A stretch of DNA of 50,587 bases from assembly GCA_024256285.1 (NCBI GenBank), contig JACGUG010000006.1:1-50587 (forward strand), in the 5' to 3' direction. Shown here in pieces: positions 44,618 to 50,587 of this stretch. The notes beneath the pieces are model-generated. The model made no database searches. It was not told the DNA's origin and saw nothing but the letters and a program-made list of their open reading frames with translations. The position numbers and the translations under genes are program-made. How positions within the stretch are numbered: position 1 is the stretch's first letter; every line of letters begins with the position of its first letter. This DNA is from an archaeon (GTDB lineage: Archaea > Thermoproteota > Nitrososphaeria > Nitrososphaerales > JACAEJ01).

Positions 44618-44750
44618 ATCAAAAGACGAATAGGTCTCGAGGATGTCTTTATCCAACTTACAGGTAGGAAGATAAGGGAGGGGTTCTAGGAATCTCTAGC
44701 GGTTCATGGCTCTTGTTGTGAAGGACTCGAAAAAGATTATCGGGCTACTG
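44618..44750 (+). pseudogene. Relic of an ABC-2 exporter operon junction (ATPase C-terminus plus permease N-terminus)
   Basis: GLEDVFIQLTGRKIREGF* (stop 44687-44689) followed by NL*RFMALVVKDSKKIIG. Confidence 0.65.
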
Positions 44751-44769
44751 CCTTGTTTTGCTTTTCCGA

Positions 44770-45495
44770 CTACCAAACCCTTGGAAAAAGTCTATATTTT
44801 ACCCTTTTAGCATATTCTGAATACCCATTCAATTCGTTAAGGAGCGTTTTATCTTCCAACGAAGTACGGATTATCAACAAAAGAATAATAATTCCTGCCG
44901 GAATCAATCCGAAAAGGGAACCTATGATGAGTGGGATCGATATGGCCAACAGAATTCCTCCAGCATAACCAGGGTGTCTGATAATTTTATAGGGCCCGGT
45001 TGTTATAACTTGATGATCTCTATCTTTCTGGATTCGAACAGTTGTTTCAAAATGCGGGTTTGCTATCATTGCCCAAGTAAGAAGAATAGCGCTAATGATG
45101 TAAAACATGAAACCCAATACTGCAAAATTGATACCGAGACTTGACCCTTGAAATCTGCCGACATCCAGTCCGACTATGGCAAGCAATACATAGTGCATTA
45201 TACCATAGGCTGGCAACAAGACCTTGTCCCATGATTTTGTACCCTGTTTAAATCTCTTCCCACCCCTTATATTAAGGAGCTCGGGGTTAAGTTTGGACAG
45301 AATCATCATTCCTACCGCATAGTATACAAAAGTTATACCAAAGAAGATCCATGCTCGAGATATGTCGATACGACCTGCTGCAACAAATAGGATTATTATC
45401 TGTATAATAAGGCCCAGATAGCCCCGCAGAATAAGCAGAATTCCGGATCTTTTCAGTCCTTTATTGTTTTCTGTAATATTTTTACCTTCATCCAT
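44770..45495 (-). CDS. Isoprenylcysteine carboxylmethyltransferase-family membrane protein
   Basis: NPHFETTVRIQKDRDHQVITTGPYKIIRHPGY and RTSLEDKTL..EL.GY.EY..RVKYRL motifs. AT-rich. Confidence 0.92.
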   Translation of the reverse strand: MDEGKNITENNKGLKRSGILLILRGYLGLIIQIIILFVAAGRIDISRAWIFFGITFVYYAVGMMILSKLNPELLNIRGGKRFKQGTKSWDKVLLPAYGIMHYVLLAIVGLDVGRFQGSSLGINFAVLGFMFYIISAILLTWAMIANPHFETTVRIQKDRDHQVITTGPYKIIRHPGYAGGILLAISIPLIIGSLFGLIPAGIIILLLIIRTSLEDKTLLNELNGYSEYAKRVKYRLFPRVW

Positions 45496-45518
45496 TTGAA
45501 ATACACCTCATTAAATGT

Positions 45519-45556
45519 TATGTTAGACTAATCTAAATATGTTAGGTTAATCTAAA
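45519..45556. promoter_or_regulatory. Tandem 19-bp repeats, each with a TTAG-N6-CTAA dyad (putative operators)
   Basis: TATGTTAGACTAATCTAAA (45519-45537) and TATGTTAGGTTAATCTAAA (45538-45556), directly upstream of the ICMT-family start. Confidence 0.6.
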
Positions 45557-45676
45557 TTTAATTAATAAATTTTTCCTTTTATCGATATCGTCTGGCCCTT
45601 AGAATGGTCTTTAAGTAAAGTGAGGCAGTGATCTCTTAGCTTCCCATCTAATTTGATAGGAGTGCGATGTAGTAAA

Positions 45677-45913
45677 TTATGGCACTTCTACAACGATCAT
45701 CGTGAGAGTAGACCTTACTTTATCTAGGCGTCGGATCTTCCAAGTTACCGTCTCCTTTACATTCTCCATAGAGTCGGCTTCTATCTTGGCTATGATGTCA
45801 TAGACGCCATAGACTATATAAACCTCTTTTACATTCTCAATCTTCTTAAGCTCTCCCACTAATTCTTCCTCTGCTCCAAGGTCGGCATTTATCAACACGA
45901 ACGCCAAAGGCAT
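45677..45913 (-). CDS. Stand-alone Lrp/AsnC ligand-binding domain protein
   Basis: MPLAFVLINADLGAEEE...VYGVYDIIAK...IRRLDKVRSTLTMIV. ATG at 45913. Confidence 0.92.
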   Translation of the reverse strand: MPLAFVLINADLGAEEELVGELKKIENVKEVYIVYGVYDIIAKIEADSMENVKETVTWKIRRLDKVRSTLTMIVVEVP

Positions 45914-45985
45914 GGTGCATCTCATCACGTTCTAATTAATAAATTTATCATTAAATGGTTCAAGTTATCAGTACCAACAGAAGCA

Positions 45986-46064
45986 GGTTCTGTCAAGATA
46001 CAGGCTCATAATTCTTGGTGTAAAGTTTACAACATGACGGATGAGCCTACAACTTGACAGAACC
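45986..46064. mobile_element. 79-bp MITE with terminal inverted repeats and an 8-bp target-site duplication (IS6-like ends)
   Basis: TIR GGTTCTGTCAAG / CTTGACAGAACC is perfect over 12 bp and matches 21/24 when extended to AGGCTCAT/ATGAGCCT. Flanked by the direct repeat CAGAAGCA at 45978-45985 and 46065-46072. Confidence 0.88.
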
Positions 46065-46138
46065 CAGAAGCACAATATTTAAATAAGATAATTGACTATT
46101 TTAACAACCTTGCTTTAACCTCCCATTTAACTTAATTT

Positions 46139-46726
46139 GTGTGGAGGCTCAATGAAATGATAGGAGAACCTGTGGCAGAAGAGGAGCGAGCTAAAGAAAC
46201 CGAACCAACCGATGAATCGATCGATGCATGCAAAGCAGTGAGTAAGCTAGATGAACTGAGAAAGGCTTTGGAAGAAGAGAGGAGTAAGACTGAAGATTAT
46301 CTGAACCGTTTAAGGTATCTTCAGGCCGATTTTGACAATTATAAGAAGAGGGTGGATAGGGATATGCTCGAATTAGTTAAGTATGGAAACGAGCGATTGA
46401 TAGTTAAATTGTTAGATACCGTCGACGATCTTGAGAGGGCTGTTATATCTTGTAGGGAAGCAAAGGACAAAGAGGCATTGTTAAAGGGGGTTGAAATCGT
46501 CTTAAAGGAGCTGAAGGAGACTCTTAGAAAAGAAGGGTTAGAAGAGATAGATGCTGTTGGAGATACCTTCGACCCAAATTTACATGACGCTGTAGATAAG
46601 ATCGAGACCAATGACTACCCTACCAATACGATCGTAGAAGAGATCAGAAAAGGTTATCTTTTAAATGGAAAGTTAATAAGACCGAGTATGGTCAAAGTTG
46701 CTCTTAATCCACTTAATAAGGAGTGA
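46139..46726 (+). CDS. grpE: Nucleotide exchange factor GrpE
   Basis: [25 protein letters not shown] and [17 protein letters not shown] motifs. Confidence 0.97.
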   Translation: MWRLNEMIGEPVAEEERAKETEPTDESIDACKAVSKLDELRKALEEERSKTEDYLNRLRYLQADFDNYKKRVDRDMLELVKYGNERLIVKLLDTVDDLERAVISCREAKDKEALLKGVEIVLKELKETLRKEGLEEIDAVGDTFDPNLHDAVDKIETNDYPTNTIVEEIRKGYLLNGKLIRPSMVKVALNPLNKE

Positions 46727-48618
46727 TGGAAGTCGTGGGTAGCTCTGAAGGAAAATCTAGGGAGAAGATCTTGGGAATAGATTTAGGGACGACCAATTCA
46801 GCCGCAGCCATGATGGAAGTAGGGAGACCCGTAGTAATACCGAGTACTGAGGGGCCTACAGTAGCAGGCAAGATGTTCCCCTCTGTGGTCGCATTTACGA
46901 AGGATGGGCAGCTCTTGGTTGGAGAACCAGCTAAGAGGCAAGCCTTGACAAATCCTGAAGGAACGATCTTTGAAATCAAGAGAAAGATGGGGACGGATTA
47001 TAAAGTGCGTATAGCTGGCAAGGAATTTACTCCACAGCAGGTCTCAGCCTTCATCCTTCAGAAGATAAAGAGGGATGCAGAAACTTTCCTCGGAAGACCT
47101 GTTGAGAAGGCAGTCATCACTATTCCAGCTCACTTCAACGATAATCAGAGGCAAGCAACGAAGGATGCTGGCACTATAGCTGGTTTGGATGCTGTGAGGA
47201 TAATAAATGAACCTACTGCAGCCTGCTTAGCCTATGGATTGGATAAGCTAGAAAAAGAGATGAAGATAATGGTCTTCAGCTTTGGAGGAGGAACACACGA
47301 TGTTACAATAATGGACTTTGGAGGTGGTGTATTTCAAGTAATTGCAACAAGTGGAGATACACAGACTGGCGGGGCAGATATAGACTACGCCATAGTCGAC
47401 CACCTTATCGAGGAGTTCAAGAGGCAGACAGGCATAGACATCAGGGGCGACAAGACGGCCATGGCTAGGCTCAAGGAGGCTGCTGAGAAGGCGAAGATCG
47501 AGCTCTCGACGCTTCCTACAACAGATATAGACCTTCCTTTCATAGCTATGGACAAAGAAGGGCCCAAACATCTGCGTTATACTTTAACTAGGGCAAAGCT
47601 GGAGGAGCTGGCTCGACCTATCGTGCAAAGGACTGAAGATACGATAGAGAGGGTTCTGGATGATGCAAAACTGACACCGAAGGATATAGACAAAGTGATA
47701 CTGATAGGGGGTCAGACAAGGATGCCCCTCGTAAGAAGATACGTTGAAGAAGCTGTTGGCAAACCTCCTGAGGTGGGCGTCGACCCTATGGAGTGTGTAG
47801 CTATAGGAGCAGCTATTCAAGGCGCAATAATAGCTGGCGAAGTGAAGGATATCCTTCTGCTCGATGTTACACCACTGTCATTGGGCGTAGAAACCCTTGG
47901 CGGGGTATTCACAAAGATAATCGAGCGGAACACCACGATCCCCACAAGAAGAAGTCAGATCTTCACTACTGCTGCTGATTTTCAAACTACTGTGACCATC
48001 AATGTTTTGCAAGGAGAGAGAACCATGGCTGCCGACAATGTCTCATTGGGCATGTTCAACTTAACAGGGATCCCCCCAGCTCCAAGAGGGGCGCCCCAGG
48101 TAGAGGTGACCTTCGATATAGATGTAAATGGCATATTGCATGTTACGGCTAAGGATCTAGCTACGAACAAGGAGCAGAAGATAGACATTACAGCATCAAA
48201 GAAGCTATCTCAAGAAGAGATAGAAAGGATGGTCAAGGAGGCTGAGAGGTTTGCTGAACAGGACAAGAAGAGGAGAGAAGAGGCAGAGCTCATAAATGCT
48301 GCCGACTCTCTGATCTATACTGCTGAGAAGACAAAATCCGACCTTAAGGAGAAGCTGAGCAAAGATCAGGTCGATAGAATAGACAAAGCTACGGGTGAGT
48401 TGAGGAGTGCCCTTGGTGAGAAGGACATGGACAAGATAAAGGCAAAGAGCGAGGAACTATCCAAAGTTCTGCAGGAGATAGGGATGGCTGCATATCAACA
48501 GGCAGCTCAGCAGCAAGCCAAAGAAAAGGAAGGCCAGGGTACAGAGCAGCCGAAGGAGGGAGGAAAGGAGAAAGTAGTCGATGCTGAATACGAAGTAGTG
48601 GATGATGACAAGAAGTAA
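46723..48618 (+). CDS. dnaK: Chaperone DnaK (Hsp70)
   Basis: [41 protein letters not shown] linker and GIPPAPRG motifs. Confidence 0.99.
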   Translation: MMEVVGSSEGKSREKILGIDLGTTNSAAAMMEVGRPVVIPSTEGPTVAGKMFPSVVAFTKDGQLLVGEPAKRQALTNPEGTIFEIKRKMGTDYKVRIAGKEFTPQQVSAFILQKIKRDAETFLGRPVEKAVITIPAHFNDNQRQATKDAGTIAGLDAVRIINEPTAACLAYGLDKLEKEMKIMVFSFGGGTHDVTIMDFGGGVFQVIATSGDTQTGGADIDYAIVDHLIEEFKRQTGIDIRGDKTAMARLKEAAEKAKIELSTLPTTDIDLPFIAMDKEGPKHLRYTLTRAKLEELARPIVQRTEDTIERVLDDAKLTPKDIDKVILIGGQTRMPLVRRYVEEAVGKPPEVGVDPMECVAIGAAIQGAIIAGEVKDILLLDVTPLSLGVETLGGVFTKIIERNTTIPTRRSQIFTTAADFQTTVTINVLQGERTMAADNVSLGMFNLTGIPPAPRGAPQVEVTFDIDVNGILHVTAKDLATNKEQKIDITASKKLSQEEIERMVKEAERFAEQDKKRREEAELINAADSLIYTAEKTKSDLKEKLSKDQVDRIDKATGELRSALGEKDMDKIKAKSEELSKVLQEIGMAAYQQAAQQQAKEKEGQGTEQPKEGGKEKVVDAEYEVVDDDKK

Positions 48619-48647
48619 CTTTAACTCAAGTTTACAGTTGACTCTTT

Positions 48648-49748
48648 ATGGCAAAGAAGGATTACTATGAGATTTTGGGTGTCTCAAGGGATGCTACATC
48701 ACAAGAAATAAAGAATGTTTATCGTAAATTAGCATTACAGTACCATCCAGATAGGAACAAATCGCCTGAAGCAGAGGAGAAGTTCAAGGAGATATCTGAA
48801 GCCTACGCTGTTCTATCTGACGAGGAGAAGCGCAGACAGTACGATATGTTCGGTCATGCAGGCATCGATAGTAGGTACACGAGGGAGGACATCTTCAGAG
48901 GTGTCGACTTCGATGAAATCTTCAGGGATCTTGGTTTTGGATTTGGTGGCTTCGATAAAATATTTGAAGAGTTCTTCGGTAGACGTGAGCCCTACGGTCC
49001 TGAAAGGGGTCTTGATTTAAGATACGATCTCGAGATTAATTTGGAGGATGCATTTCGGGGGTTAAAGACCGAGATAGAAGTCCCCCGCAGGGAAAAATGC
49101 AGGACTTGTAACGGGACAGGTGCAAGCCCAGGGACGGAACCGAAGACTTGCCCTAAATGTAATGGTACAGGACAGGTACAGTACACCCGTACACTTGGCT
49201 TTGCAAGGTTTGTGCAAGTATTGACTTGTGATAAGTGTAACGGTAGAAGGGTGGTGGTAGAGAGTCCCTGCAAAGAATGTCGTGGTACAGGTGTCGCGAG
49301 ATATTATAGAAAGATAAGAGTCGAAATTCCACAAGGGGTAGATACGGGCTATCTTTTAAGGCTGAGGGGAGAGGGTGAAGTAGGCGTAAGGGGAGGGCCC
49401 CCTGGCGATCTATACGTCTTAGTAACCGTCAAACCCCATAGAATCTTCAAGAGAGATGGGAACGACCTCTTATACGAAACTCAGATAAGCTTTCCTCAAG
49501 CAGCATTGGGCACAGAGATAGAGGCCCCAAATATAAATGGAAAGGCAAGGCTCAAGATACCTGCTGGCACTCAGAGTGGGACGATATTCAGGTTAAAGGG
49601 GAAGGGGATGCCAAAACTAAGAGGTTTTGGTAGAGGGGATGAACTGGTCAGGGTGATTGTAAAGACCCCAACAAGATTGACAGATAGGCAGAAAGAGCTC
49701 CTTCTAGATTTTGCCAAGGAGTCTGGGGAGGATTTAGGAAAACATTAG
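48648..49748 (+). CDS. dnaJ: Chaperone DnaJ
   Basis: J domain with HPD, a G/F region, four CxxCxGxG-type repeats and a C-terminal domain. Confidence 0.99.
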   Translation: MAKKDYYEILGVSRDATSQEIKNVYRKLALQYHPDRNKSPEAEEKFKEISEAYAVLSDEEKRRQYDMFGHAGIDSRYTREDIFRGVDFDEIFRDLGFGFGGFDKIFEEFFGRREPYGPERGLDLRYDLEINLEDAFRGLKTEIEVPRREKCRTCNGTGASPGTEPKTCPKCNGTGQVQYTRTLGFARFVQVLTCDKCNGRRVVVESPCKECRGTGVARYYRKIRVEIPQGVDTGYLLRLRGEGEVGVRGGPPGDLYVLVTVKPHRIFKRDGNDLLYETQISFPQAALGTEIEAPNINGKARLKIPAGTQSGTIFRLKGKGMPKLRGFGRGDELVRVIVKTPTRLTDRQKELLLDFAKESGEDLGKH

Positions 49749-49790
49749 AAAGGGCCTTATCTTATAAGATTATATCGATCGATTCAATAG

Positions 49791-50366
49791 GTGGGAAAAT
49801 TTTACCAAAAGATAGGCATAACGGGCAACCCAGGCACAGGGAAGAAGACTGTTGGTAGATCGTTGGCTAAACTTCTAAATTATGATTTTTTAGATCTGAA
49901 TCAGCTCGCTATAGAAAAGGATGCTATAATCGGCGAAGATGAACACGGCTTTATCGCAGATTTAAGCCTGCTGAGGAAGTATGCAAAGGAAGTAGTCAAA
50001 GGGAAGAGCGTAGTTGTAGTAGGCCATCTTTTACCCTTCGTTCTATCTAAGAGAGAGGTCGATTTCGTTGCCGTTCTCAGATGCTCGCCCTTTGAGCTTG
50101 AGAAGAGGTATTCATCAAGAAATTACAGCGAAAAGAAGGTTAAGGAGAATATCGCTTCAGAAATACTTGGCATATGTGCTTATGAGGCTTTAAAAAAGTT
50201 CGGAAGGGACAGAATTGCTGAATTCGACACAACAGGAAGAGATGCCGATAGAGTTGCTGAAGAAATCATCAAAGTGATTAAAGGAGATGCTCCAAAAAGA
50301 GTGGGGTCCATCGATTGGTTACAACTCTTCACAGAAGGTGAACGATTAAGTCGATTTTTCGACTGA
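49791..50366 (+). CDS. Adenylate kinase, AK6/Fap7 family
   Basis: ITGNPGTGKKT, VVGH, VLRC and R.YS..KVKEN...E motifs. Confidence 0.9.
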   Translation: MGKFYQKIGITGNPGTGKKTVGRSLAKLLNYDFLDLNQLAIEKDAIIGEDEHGFIADLSLLRKYAKEVVKGKSVVVVGHLLPFVLSKREVDFVAVLRCSPFELEKRYSSRNYSEKKVKENIASEILGICAYEALKKFGRDRIAEFDTTGRDADRVAEEIIKVIKGDAPKRVGSIDWLQLFTEGERLSRFFD

Positions 50367-50587
50367 AATTTCTTAAATTTTGAACATTGCTGGTATAAAG
50401 AGTTGTAAAGAGAACAAAATGTAAAAAAATTCCATTGGGAATTGATTTAATGAAATTTAATCATGGTGTCTGAGCCGATCTTTATATCAATATTTAGGAT
50501 ATGAAGTTTTAGCCTTCAACTACACCGTCTTGTGAAATCAAATAGATTCTTTTAAGAAGGTCTCCATATAATTTTTATCTGTATGAT

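Noticed and set aside
42373-45556. Integron attC-like core sites (GCCTAAC, GTTAGGC, GTTAGAC)
   Set aside because: No paired RYYYAAC...GTTRRRY with L boxes in the correct orientation after a gene, and no IntI.

Overview
Core-genome segment of an archaeon of the TACK/Thermoproteota group. The 16S sequence, the 16S-23S operon with no spacer tRNA or linked 5S, and the S19 and DnaK signatures point to a basal Nitrososphaeria/Thaumarchaeota-like lineage (inference). It holds pdxS/pdxT, rpl3-rpl4-rpl23-rpl2-rps19, cimA, an RNA-maturation neighbourhood (tRNA-Pro, cca, thpR, rnz, 16S-23S rRNA, RNase P RNA, tsr3, tiaS), ppdK, serB next to a Sep-tRNA:Cys-tRNA synthase (pscS), an intron-containing tRNA-Gln, a decaying accessory stretch (about 31.6-45.6 kb) with several pseudogene relics, a Mrp/DUF134/DUF5320 cluster, and grpE-dnaK-dnaJ. 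The main items missing from or unexplained by the ORF track are: a 79-bp MITE with 24-bp imperfect TIRs and an 8-bp target-site duplication upstream of grpE; a small basic ORF ending in two tandem 18-bp palindromes next to the tRNA-Pro 3' end; a ribophorin-I-like secreted protein at the left edge; a candidate C/D box sRNA beside tiaS; an rps19 lacking about 100 nt; and a DnaK with a D-to-S change in a conserved Mg/ATP loop. No CRISPR array, transposase or integrase was seen.
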